Source of the DNA: an uncultured bacterium
GTDB taxonomy: Bacteria > Planctomycetota > UBA1135 > GCA-002686595
Length of the DNA stretch: 64,000 nucleotides
Direction of reading: 5' to 3'
Assembly: GCA_943787795.1 (NCBI GenBank)
Contig: CALSNU010000005.1
Location: forward strand, 1-64,000
Under the pieces are notes generated by a model. It was not told where the DNA came from and did not search any database. It was given only the letters and a program-made list of their open reading frames with translations. Shown in pieces: positions 39,889 through 48,665 of the stretch (its first letter is position 1; each line of letters starts with the position of its first letter). The position numbers and the translations under genes are program-made.

Positions 39889-40746
39889 TCAGAGAGGACG
39901 GCGCCGCACGGCCAGCGCCGCAAGCAGGACGAAGGCGAGCCCCTCGAGGGGGGCGAGGACCAGCCCCATGTTGTGGATCGCGGGCGGCAGCCCCGCGTCG
40001 GAGTACCCGCCGGCGAACTTCACCATCTCGAACATGGCGGAGGCGTCGGCAAAGGTCGGCGCGTGGGAGGCGAAGACCCACCAGCTGGCCGCGCCGAAGT
40101 CGTCCTTGAACACGTCCCACACCAGGAGGGTCGCGAGCGATCCCGCGAGGGCCAGGACGGGACCCCTCGCAAGGCTCGAGATGAGGAGCCCGAAGGCGTG
40201 AATGGCCATCAGCCCGAGGCAGCACACGAGCAGCGCGCGCCGGAGCTCGGTCATGACCTCATCGGCGGTGAAGATCGGGTAGTCGTCCTGCACCAGGTCG
40301 CCGAAGTCCCCGCCCGCGGCGGATGTGGCGAGGAGCGCGGTCAGGCCCGCGAGCGTCACCATCCCAAGGACCAGGATGGGCCCGAGGAGGGCCCGGCCGA
40401 CCACCGCTCCAGACCTGGAGGCGGAGCGGGTCACGGCCAGCCGGAGGACGCCGGTCTCCCGGTCTCCTGCGATGGAGCGGGCTCCCTGCACGAGGAGCAG
40501 CGCGGTGGCGAGCATCATCCCGGCCCGCCAACCACTCACGAGCATGGCCCAGCCCGTGCCTTCGCTGAGGCCGCTCGACGTCGCGCCGGAGCCCATGGCC
40601 TGGATGGCCTTCGCCCGCTCGGCGAAGGACGCCGCCCAGATCCGGAGCGCGGGGACCGCGATGATCATGAGCGCGCCGACCCACGCCGCCCGGGAGGCGA
40701 GCATGCGCATGAACTCGGCGCGCAGGACGCGGAGGGCGCCGTTCAT
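39889..40746 (-). CDS. ABC-2-type permease
   Basis: LRAEFMRM start, IAGDRETGVLRL, about 6 TMs. ATGA overlap with the ATPase. Confidence 0.82.
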   Translation of the reverse strand: MNGALRVLRAEFMRMLASRAAWVGALMIIAVPALRIWAASFAERAKAIQAMGSGATSSGLSEGTGWAMLVSGWRAGMMLATALLLVQGARSIAGDRETGVLRLAVTRSASRSGAVVGRALLGPILVLGMVTLAGLTALLATSAAGGDFGDLVQDDYPIFTADEVMTELRRALLVCCLGLMAIHAFGLLISSLARGPVLALAGSLATLLVWDVFKDDFGAASWWVFASHAPTFADASAMFEMVKFAGGYSDAGLPPAIHNMGLVLAPLEGLAFVLLAALAVRRRPL

Positions 40747-41777
40747 CGGGACCCTCCTGCCGCGGCGCGGCGCTCCTCGACCAGCGCCTCGAAGGAGGCC
40801 TGCAGGCCCATCCGGGCCGCGGTGAAGTGGTGGAGTCCTGCGCCCGTGTCGGCGAGCCGTGATAGCAGCTCCTCGCCGCCGACCCCGGGGGCTTCGAGGA
40901 GCAGGGTCCCCTCACCGACGGGGCCGGGCTTGAGGGACCAGCCCTCATCGAGGCTCGCCCGGAGGGCGTCCTCGTCTCGCACGGCGATGGTCCAGGTGTC
41001 GTCCTGACCGAGGTAGGCGTCGAGCGGGGCCTCGCGGACCAGCTCGCCGTCGAGGATGACCGCCGCGTGGGTGAGGATCTCCTGCATCTCGTGCAGGCGG
41101 TGGCTGGAGAGCACGAGGGTCTGCCCGCCCGCCACGAGCTCCTCGAGGAGCTCGAGCATCCCGCGCACGCCCATGGGGTCGAGGCCGGAGAGGGGCTCGT
41201 CGAGCACGACGAGCTCCGGCTCGCCCATGATCGCGCCGGCGATGGCGAGCCGCTTCTCCTGGCCGAGGGAGAGGCCGCCGGCGCTGCGCCGCTCGAACCC
41301 CTCGAGGCCCACGCGCCGCAGGGCGTCCTTCATGTCCCGGCCGCCCGCGTGTCCGCGGAGCCTGGACTGGTAGGCGAGGTTCTGTGCGATGGTGTGCCCC
41401 TTGAGGAGCGCGGGCACGTCGAAGACGCAGCCGACCCGGCCCCGGGTTCGGTGGAGCGCGCTCGACGGAACGCCGAGGACCTCGCAGGTGCCCGAGGTGG
41501 GGGAGAGGAGGCCCAGGGCGCAGGACAGGGTGGTCGTCTTGCCGGAGCCGTTGGGACCCAGGAGGCCGTAGACCTGGCCAGGCTGGACGGTCAGGTCCAC
41601 GCCCTTGACGGCCTCGGTCGCGCCGTACCGCTTGCGCAGGCCGCGGACTCGCAGCGCGGCGCCAGCTTCTGCGCCCCGCGCTGCGTCGGTGTCCCGTGCT
41701 GCGTCGGTTTCCCGTGCCGCGTAGGTCTCCTGTGCCGCACCAGTGTCCCCGGCCTTTGTGTCTGATTCCCTCCCCAT
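40743..41777 (-). CDS. ABC transporter ATP-binding protein
   Basis: Motifs GPNGSGKTT, LSLGQEKR, LDEPLSGLD and SSH. N-terminal 6-aa repeats. Confidence 0.92.
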   Translation of the reverse strand: MGRESDTKAGDTGAAQETYAARETDAARDTDAARGAEAGAALRVRGLRKRYGATEAVKGVDLTVQPGQVYGLLGPNGSGKTTTLSCALGLLSPTSGTCEVLGVPSSALHRTRGRVGCVFDVPALLKGHTIAQNLAYQSRLRGHAGGRDMKDALRRVGLEGFERRSAGGLSLGQEKRLAIAGAIMGEPELVVLDEPLSGLDPMGVRGMLELLEELVAGGQTLVLSSHRLHEMQEILTHAAVILDGELVREAPLDAYLGQDDTWTIAVRDEDALRASLDEGWSLKPGPVGEGTLLLEAPGVGGEELLSRLADTGAGLHHFTAARMGLQASFEALVEERRAAAGGSR

Positions 41778-41895
41778 GGGTGCCCCCTCGGTCAGCGGGC
41801 CGGGCCACCCTACTCTTCGCTGGAGGGCGGATTCCACGCTGAAAGCGAGGAGCCGATTTTGCAGAGGCGCGGTGCAACCCTGCGGGGCGGCGGAG

Positions 41896-43368
41896 CTAGC
41901 GGGGGGCCGGCGCGGTTTCGCGTCGGCTGGACGCTTCGCCGTGGGAGGACGGCGGGGCGTCTGTCTTGATCGCCTCGGGGCGGCGGTAGCGCTTGGCGGC
42001 CTCACTCTCCCACCAGGAGCGCCACGTCTTGTTGGACGAGCCGGGCCTGCGGCTGGTGATCTGTCCGAGCGCTCCGCGGATCGAGCGGAGCTCTGTCCGG
42101 ACCTCGACCTCCTGGACGCCGATGACGCTGACGTCGAGCACGACACCCTCCACGAGGGTATTCACCACGGGGTCGGCGACCGAAGCTCCCTGGGCGACCT
42201 CGACGTCGAAGTCCTGGACGTAGGCCCGCTGGGTCCCGACGAACAGGTGGGAGCGCGGGGGGCGGTATCCCGACCCTGAGCCAGCCCGGGCCGACAGCGT
42301 GTAGAGACGGCCCATGAGGGGCTCGACAAAGGCCCCGTCGCGGCTGGCGCCGAGGGCCTCCACCGCACGAAGCCGCAGGGCGCCGTTGGTCGAGTCCAGC
42401 GCCCGGATGAGGGGACCGGCCACCTCGTAGGCGCCAACATCGGAGATCGCCCGCGCCGCGGACTCCCTCGCCTGCGGCGAGGGGTCGTAGACCGCGTGGA
42501 TCAGGAGCAGGCGGGGGTCCTCGCGGGGGAACAGCCTCCCCGTGGCGAAGGCCGCGAAGGCTCGCCGGGAGGGCCGCCGGTCGCGCAGCTCGGCGCGCAG
42601 GGTCTGCGCGAGGCGCTCGCGGTCTGCGGCGGTCACGAGCCGCTCGACCACGGCCTCTCGCATGAGCCGTGAGGGACTCGCCCCGAGGTCCAGCAGCCTG
42701 GGGAGCTCGTCCTCGACGCCCCTGGCGGGGAGCCCCCCGAGGTACCGGCCTGCCCGGGCGGCGGCGGCCCGCAGCTCGAGGTCGATGGGGTGGCGGTCGA
42801 GGAGCTCGTCACAGAGCTCGCAGGCCTCCGGCAGGAGCCCCAACTCCAGAGCGCCGTCCACCTGCTCGGCGGGCGTGCGAGCCTCCTCTTCGCAGAGCGC
42901 CTCCAGGCGAGCGAGGGCGACGCGCTCCTCGACCGCCTCGAGCACCGCGTTGGCGGGCACCGTGCGCCAGCCGCCCGCCACCTTGACGCTCCAGTCCCCG
43001 GTGGAGCTCCTGCGGCTGGGGCCGCGAAGGAAGCTCCCTCCGCGCAGCTTGAGCACGCGCTTCACCGCGCGTTCCGTCCGGTCGTCCTGAGTCTTGCCGT
43101 CCTGAGTCCCGTCATCCGGTGTCTCGTCGTCCGGCGTCCGGGCCAGGGGGAGGCCCTCGATGGGTGACTCTGCCGGTGTCTCCAGGGGCGCTGCAGTGGA
43201 GAACGCTGCGGCGGATGTCACTGCGGCGGATGCCACGGCGGCGGATGCCACAGCGGCCGAGGTCGCGGCGAGGGCCAGGCTGATGGCCGGACGGAGAGCC
43301 GGACGGAGAGTCGGACGGAGAGCCGGTCGGAGAGCCCGGCAGAGTGGCAGAGCGAGGGACTTGATCAT
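41896..43368 (-). CDS. Secreted HEAT-repeat protein
   Basis: GGAGG RBS upstream of ATG 43368, a signal-like N-terminus with ALRP/SAAVA repeats, and HEAT units (LIRALD..LRLRAVEALG). Confidence 0.75.
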   Translation of the reverse strand: MIKSLALPLCRALRPALRPTLRPALRPAISLALAATSAAVASAAVASAAVTSAAAFSTAAPLETPAESPIEGLPLARTPDDETPDDGTQDGKTQDDRTERAVKRVLKLRGGSFLRGPSRRSSTGDWSVKVAGGWRTVPANAVLEAVEERVALARLEALCEEEARTPAEQVDGALELGLLPEACELCDELLDRHPIDLELRAAAARAGRYLGGLPARGVEDELPRLLDLGASPSRLMREAVVERLVTAADRERLAQTLRAELRDRRPSRRAFAAFATGRLFPREDPRLLLIHAVYDPSPQARESAARAISDVGAYEVAGPLIRALDSTNGALRLRAVEALGASRDGAFVEPLMGRLYTLSARAGSGSGYRPPRSHLFVGTQRAYVQDFDVEVAQGASVADPVVNTLVEGVVLDVSVIGVQEVEVRTELRSIRGALGQITSRRPGSSNKTWRSWWESEAAKRYRRPEAIKTDAPPSSHGEASSRRETAPAPR

Positions 43369-46086
43369 GGGCAGGGCTCCTCCATGGGAGTCGCGGACCG
43401 CGTGGATGGGTGCGGCTGCTGCTCCGGTATACGCCCTTGGATGGGTTCGGTGACGCTCGCTAGCGGAGTTCCCGGGGAAGGGGGGGGAGCCGGCTCGCGC
43501 AGGGGGTGGCGGCCGCCACAGGAGAGGGCCGTCACGGCCCGTGACGTGGAGCCTGATCCCACGGCGCTGCAGCTCGTCGGCGTAGGCTGGGACATCCCCG
43601 CTGACGACCGCGAGCGTGGGCTGGGTTCGTTCGAGGAGGCGTGAGAGGTGTCGGGTCCGGGAACCATGGTGGGGCATGAGGAGGACGTCGACGGGGCCCG
43701 GTTCGAGCCACGGGTCCTCTCCGCCGCCGTCCAGGACCGCTCTCAGTCCGGGCCCCTCGGCGTCTCCACACAGCACCACCCGGACCGGGCGCTCGCCCCG
43801 GGGACTCCAGCGCAGGTCGAAGATGGCCGAGCCCTCGTTGGGGTCGGGCATTCCCGATGAGATCGCCGCCACCCGCAGGGGTGGGTCGGGGTCTCCGGCG
43901 AGGGCGCTGTCGAGCCAGATGACCCCGCGGGGATGGACCGGGTCGAGTGCTCCGCTCCCCGCGCCCAAGGCGCCGCCTTCATCCGGAGCCACGGGCGCGT
44001 GGAGCTCAGCGGCGTCCCATCGGCCCACGATCCAGGGGATCGCTCCGGCGTGGTCCTCGTGGTCGTGGGAGACGCCGACCCGAATGGCCCCCGTGTCCAG
44101 CGCCCGGAGCAGCGCGCCGACGCCCTCCTCAGCGACCGCCAGTCGATCTCGCGACCCAGCGTCCAGGACCCATGTGGGAGCGCCGGGCGCCCGCGCGACC
44201 ACCGCGGTGCCGTTGCCCACGTCGAGGACGTGGAGCTCGAGGGTCTTCGGGATCGGGCCGGGCGCGCCCGGGCCGAGGGCCGGACCCGGCCAGGGGAGCA
44301 GGAGCACGCCGAAGGCTGCCGCCCCCAGCCGCGCGATCCGTCCGCTCAGGTGATGACGGGGTCGGTACGTGGCGAGTCCCACCGAGAGGCTCGCCAGGAG
44401 GATGAGCCACAGGGGGCGCTCGGGGAGTGGGAGTGGTGTCCCGGGCAGGCGGTCCATCCACTGGAGCCAGGTGATCAACCCGTCCGCGGACCAGCTGGCC
44501 ACGCGGTCAAGGGCCTCGAGGGGCAGGAGGAGTCGGAGCCACCCGGCCGTGACGAGGAGGGCGAGCGGTGGGGTGGCGACGGGGGTGGCCAGGAGGCTCA
44601 CGGGGCTCCACTCCCCGAAGACGCTCCAGACCACGGGGAGGGTTGCGAGGGAGGCGACCGTGCCCGCGGCGAGGGCGCCGAAGCAGAGCCCGCGCACGCG
44701 CCCCACGAGGGCGACGAGGATCGGCGGCCGGGGCCAGCCGGTGGGGCCGACGGGGTCCATCCATCGCGGCGTGCTGCCGCCATCTTGTGGGTCTCCGGCG
44801 AGGGCTCGGGCCAGGGGGCCTGCCGCCAGCACCAGGGCGGCCGTCGCGAGGTAGGAGAGCTGCGTCCCGGGACGGGTCGGGGCGAGGGGGTCCATGGCCA
44901 CCTCGGCGAGGGCCGCGACGCCGATGAGGTTGAGGGCGGAGGGGCGGCGCCCAAGGCGCTGCGAGAGCAGCGCGAGCCCCAGCCCGATGGCGGCCCGGGT
45001 CGCCGGCGCGCCCCCGCCTGAGAGCGGGATGAAGGCGACGATCATGGCGGCCGAGAGGAGCGCGGGCCCCGGCCGGAGTGTGCTGCCCCTGAGCGCGGCT
45101 CCGTGGCGCGAGGCGCCGGCGAGGAGGCGCGCGAGCGGGATCACGAGGAGGACCGCGAGCAGCCCGACGTGGAAGCCCGAGAGCGCCAGCAGGTGCCGGG
45201 TGCCGGTGCGGGTGAACAGATCGGTGAGCTCTGGCGAGAGCCCGCGGCGCTCGCCAAAGACCAGGGCCGCGAGCAGGGCCCCGCAGGTCTCGTCAGGGTG
45301 CGCCAGGCAGGCGCGGATCCCCCGGCCGCGCAGCACCGCGAGCCGGGCTCGGCTGCTCGTCGCGGTTGGGGCGCCGTCGGTCTCCGGTCGAGCGGCGCTC
45401 GCTCGGGGGCTTGGGATACGGACGATCTCGTCGGCGCGCGGGCGTAGGCTGCTCGTGCGAGGGGACAGGGGGCGGTGGGTGCTCCTGGCCCGGCCCGCTC
45501 GCCGGGCCCCGGGGTCCACGGCGACGAGATCCCCGGGGGCCACGGCGCCCCGGGGGAGGATCATCAGCCCCGGCTGCCCGCCGACGGTCCACGCCTCGGA
45601 GGCCCCGCGCCCGCTCCCGCTCCCACGGAGCTCGTGCACGTGCCCGACGGCGGGCTGTCCTGGAGGAGCCACGGGCTCCCGCTGGGCGATGGCGGCACGG
45701 CCCGCGCAGAGCAGCGCGAGGGCGCCGAGCAGCAGGGGCGCTCGCTGGCGGATCGCCGGAGGTCGCGCCGCCAGCGCGGCGAGGGCCATGGCCGCTGCAG
45801 CGCAAGCGCTCCCTGGCCCGAGAAGCCCGAGAAGCCCGAGAAGCCCGAGGAGCCCGAGGTCGACCTGCGCGGAGCCTGCGAAGAGGGAGCCCACCCCTGC
45901 CCCGAGGCAAGCGACCCCCGCCGCCAGCAGCGCGGGCGCCGGTCCCCCGGAGGAGCCCGGAGAAGGCGCAGCGGCCGTGTCCCCGCCCGAGCTCTCGGAT
46001 GGGCTCTCGAGTGCGCCGTTCGGCGGACCCGGCGGGTCTAGCGATTGGGCGCCACCCTCATCCCGCAGTGCCTTGTCTCGTTTCAC
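43365..46086 (-). CDS. comEC: ComEC/Rec2 DNA uptake channel (competence + metallo-beta-lactamase domains); 3' end ambiguous
   Basis: Motifs TGTRHLLALSGFHV, TRAAI, QLSYLAT, LDVGNG, SHDHEDHAG, GDAE and PHHGS. Runs in frame into the next gene as sequenced. Start uncertain. Confidence 0.85.
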
Positions 46087-46270
46087 CCTCCCCAAGGGTC
46101 GTGCGGGCACGCGGCAGGTTTCGGGTCCGCGTGAGCCAAGGCGCAGCGGAGCCCTCCGAGGGGTGGGCCGTCCCCCCGGAAGGGCTCGGCCGAGTCGAGG
46201 AGAGCCCCGCTGGACCCAGCGAGCCCCTGCAGCGGCAGCAGCGCCTGGCGAAGGGGCGCGAGGGCCGCCA

Positions 46271-46358
46271 GGGGGAGCTCGCGAGGGCCGGGGGGAGCTC
46301 GCGAGGGCCGGGGGGAGCTCGCGAGGGCCGGGGGGAGCTCGCGAGGGCCGGGGGGAGC
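46271..46358. repeat. Perfect 20-bp tandem repeat GGGGGAGCTCGCGAGGGCCG x4 + partial
   Basis: Units start at 46271, 46291, 46311 and 46331, with a partial unit at 46351. Confidence 0.95.
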
Positions 46359-46381
46359 ACTGTCGGCTACCATGTCGGTCC

Positions 46382-46870
46382 ATGTCGAATCCCAAGGACC
46401 ACCGGGCCATCTTTCCGGGCACCTTCGATCCTGTGACCCTCGGTCATATCGATCTGATCGAGCGCGCGTCGGTGCTCTTCGATCACCTCTTCGTCGCGGT
46501 CGCCGCGCACCATGACAAGCGCCATGTGCTGGGCGTGGCCGAGCGCGTCGCCCTGCTCGAGGAGGCGACCTCGGACCTCGGGAACGTCGAAGTGACCGCC
46601 CTCGACGGGCTGCTCGTGGACGGCGCGAGGCGCATGGGGGCCACGGCCGTCGTGCGCGGGATCCGCAGCTCGGCGGACCTCGAGTACGAGCGCCAGCTGG
46701 CCCTCTCCAATCGGGCCATGGCCCCCGAGCTGGACACGGTCATGCTGCTCTCCTCGCCAGAGCACGCCCACGTCTCCAGCACCCTGGTCCGTCAAATCGC
46801 GCGACTCGGCGGGGACCTCGCGCCCTTTGTTCCACCCTCGGTCGTCCTCGCGCTGGCCGGACGCTTCTGA
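46382..46870 (+). CDS. coaD: Pantetheine-phosphate adenylyltransferase
   Basis: Motifs AIFPGTFDPVTLGH, VRGIR and VSSTLVRQIA. Confidence 0.96.
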   Translation: MSNPKDHRAIFPGTFDPVTLGHIDLIERASVLFDHLFVAVAAHHDKRHVLGVAERVALLEEATSDLGNVEVTALDGLLVDGARRMGATAVVRGIRSSADLEYERQLALSNRAMAPELDTVMLLSSPEHAHVSSTLVRQIARLGGDLAPFVPPSVVLALAGRF

Positions 46871-46926
46871 TCCCATCGGCCAGGCGCGCGTCCGCCGCTC
46901 CGCAATCCCACCACCCAGAACCCTCC

Positions 46927-47325
46927 ATGTCCGAGCGCACCGCCATCAAGACCGACAAGGCCCCCGGGGCCATCGGGCCCTACAACCAGGCCATCGTGGC
47001 CGGAGGCTTCGTGCACTGCTCCGGGCAGGTGGCCTTCATCCCCGAGACCATGGAGATCGTCGAGGGCGGCGTCGCCGAGCAGACCGAGCAGGTCATGGCC
47101 AACCTGGGCGCCGTCCTGGAGGCCGCCGGCTCCAGCTTCGCCCAGGCGGTCAAGTGCACCATCTACCTCAAGGACATGGGCGACTTCGCCACGGTCAATG
47201 AGATCTACGGGCGGGCCTTCGACTGCGCCGAGCCGCCCGCGCGGGTCACCATCGAGGCGGCGCGCCTCCCCAAGGACGTCCTGGTGGAGATCGACTGCCT
47301 CGCCCTCGCCGGGCCGGGCAGTTGA
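46927..47325 (+). CDS. ridA: RidA family enamine deaminase
   Basis: Motifs APGAIGPYNQA, SGQ, PPAR and LVEID. Confidence 0.93.
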   Translation: MSERTAIKTDKAPGAIGPYNQAIVAGGFVHCSGQVAFIPETMEIVEGGVAEQTEQVMANLGAVLEAAGSSFAQAVKCTIYLKDMGDFATVNEIYGRAFDCAEPPARVTIEAARLPKDVLVEIDCLALAGPGS

Positions 47326-47367
47326 GCTGACCCCGGAGGGCGCCGGGACGCTATTCTCTCCGCCCTC

Positions 47368-48459
47368 ATGAGCGTCTCCTGTGGAATCGTAGGCTTGCCC
47401 AATGTCGGCAAGAGCACCCTGTTCAATGCCCTGACGGCGGCCGGCGCGCAGGAGGGGAACTTCCCCTTCTGCACCATCGACCCCAACGTCGCGGTGGCGG
47501 CCGTCCCCGACGCGAGCCTGGAGACCATCCATCGGTTCATCCAGACCGACAAGGTCATCCCCGCGTCGGTGAAGATCGTCGACATCGCGGGCCTGATCGC
47601 CGGCGCGTCGAAGGGGGAGGGGCTCGGGAACAAGTTCCTTTCGAACATCCGCGAGACCGACGCGATCATGCACGTGGTGCGCTGCTTCGGCGGCTCGAAG
47701 GTCGTGCGCGAGGAGCCGGTCGACCCCCTCAAGGACATCGAGGTGATCGAGCTCGAGCTGGCGCTCGCCGACCTCGACACCGTGGACCGCGCCATCGAGC
47801 GCGTCTCCAAGAAGGCGCGCTCGGGGGACAAGGACTCGCTGGAGCAGAAGGAGCTCTTCGAGCGGGCCAAGGCCATGCTCGAGAACGGCGACCTGCTGCG
47901 CGCCCACGACTGGACCGACCGCGAGCGCCTGCTGCTCAAGCCCATGTGCCTCATGTCCACCAAGCGCATGCTCTACGTGGCGAACGTGACCGACGAGGAC
48001 CTGGACGGCTCGTCGGAGTACGCGCAGGCGGTGGCGGCCCGCGCGGCGGCCACCGGCTCCGAGTGGATCCCCATCTGCGGCGACATCGAGTCGGAGCTGC
48101 GGAACATGGAGGACGAGGAGCGGGACCTGTTCATGGCCGACCTTGGCATCGAGGCCCTCGGCCTCGATCGGCTGATCCAGGCGACCTACAAGCTGCTCGG
48201 CCTGCAGACCTACTACACCGCCGGCGAGAAGGAGATCCGCGCCTGGACCACCGCCACCGGCTCGAAGGCGCCCCAGGCCGCCGGGGTCATCCACACGGAC
48301 TTCGAGAAGGCCTTCATCCGGGCCGAGGTCTACGCGGTGGAGGACCTCGTCGAGCACGAATCAGAGACGGCCATCCGCGCCGCGGGCAAGCTCCGCACGG
48401 AAGGCCGCGACTACGTCATGCGGGAAGGGGACGTGTGCCACTTCCTGATCGGGAAGTGA
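47368..48459 (+). CDS. ychF: Redox-regulated ATPase YchF
   Basis: Motifs GLPNVGKST, FPFCTIDPN, DIAGL, GLGNKFL and APQAAGVIHTDFE. Confidence 0.97.
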   Translation: MSVSCGIVGLPNVGKSTLFNALTAAGAQEGNFPFCTIDPNVAVAAVPDASLETIHRFIQTDKVIPASVKIVDIAGLIAGASKGEGLGNKFLSNIRETDAIMHVVRCFGGSKVVREEPVDPLKDIEVIELELALADLDTVDRAIERVSKKARSGDKDSLEQKELFERAKAMLENGDLLRAHDWTDRERLLLKPMCLMSTKRMLYVANVTDEDLDGSSEYAQAVAARAAATGSEWIPICGDIESELRNMEDEERDLFMADLGIEALGLDRLIQATYKLLGLQTYYTAGEKEIRAWTTATGSKAPQAAGVIHTDFEKAFIRAEVYAVEDLVEHESETAIRAAGKLRTEGRDYVMREGDVCHFLIGK

Positions 48460-48665
48460 ACCAAGGCGGGGGGCCGTGGCAGGAAACCCGCGCCGGGACC
48501 GTTCGAGGGCCTAGTGAGCGAGGGCCTAGCGGGCCTTCGGCCCGGGCGATCGACCTCGATCGCCGTCACCGAGCGCCGCTCGCGGGCAGGTGACCTTCGC
48601 TGGGCGGAAGCTCCTCCTTGGGACCCCAAGGGCCCGGTCAGCGATCCTGTGGCCCGGTCAGGGAA

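Noticed and set aside
41896..46422. Single 1508-aa protein
   Set aside because: The N-terminus is translated repeat DNA, and an internal RBS plus signal peptide indicate two genes.
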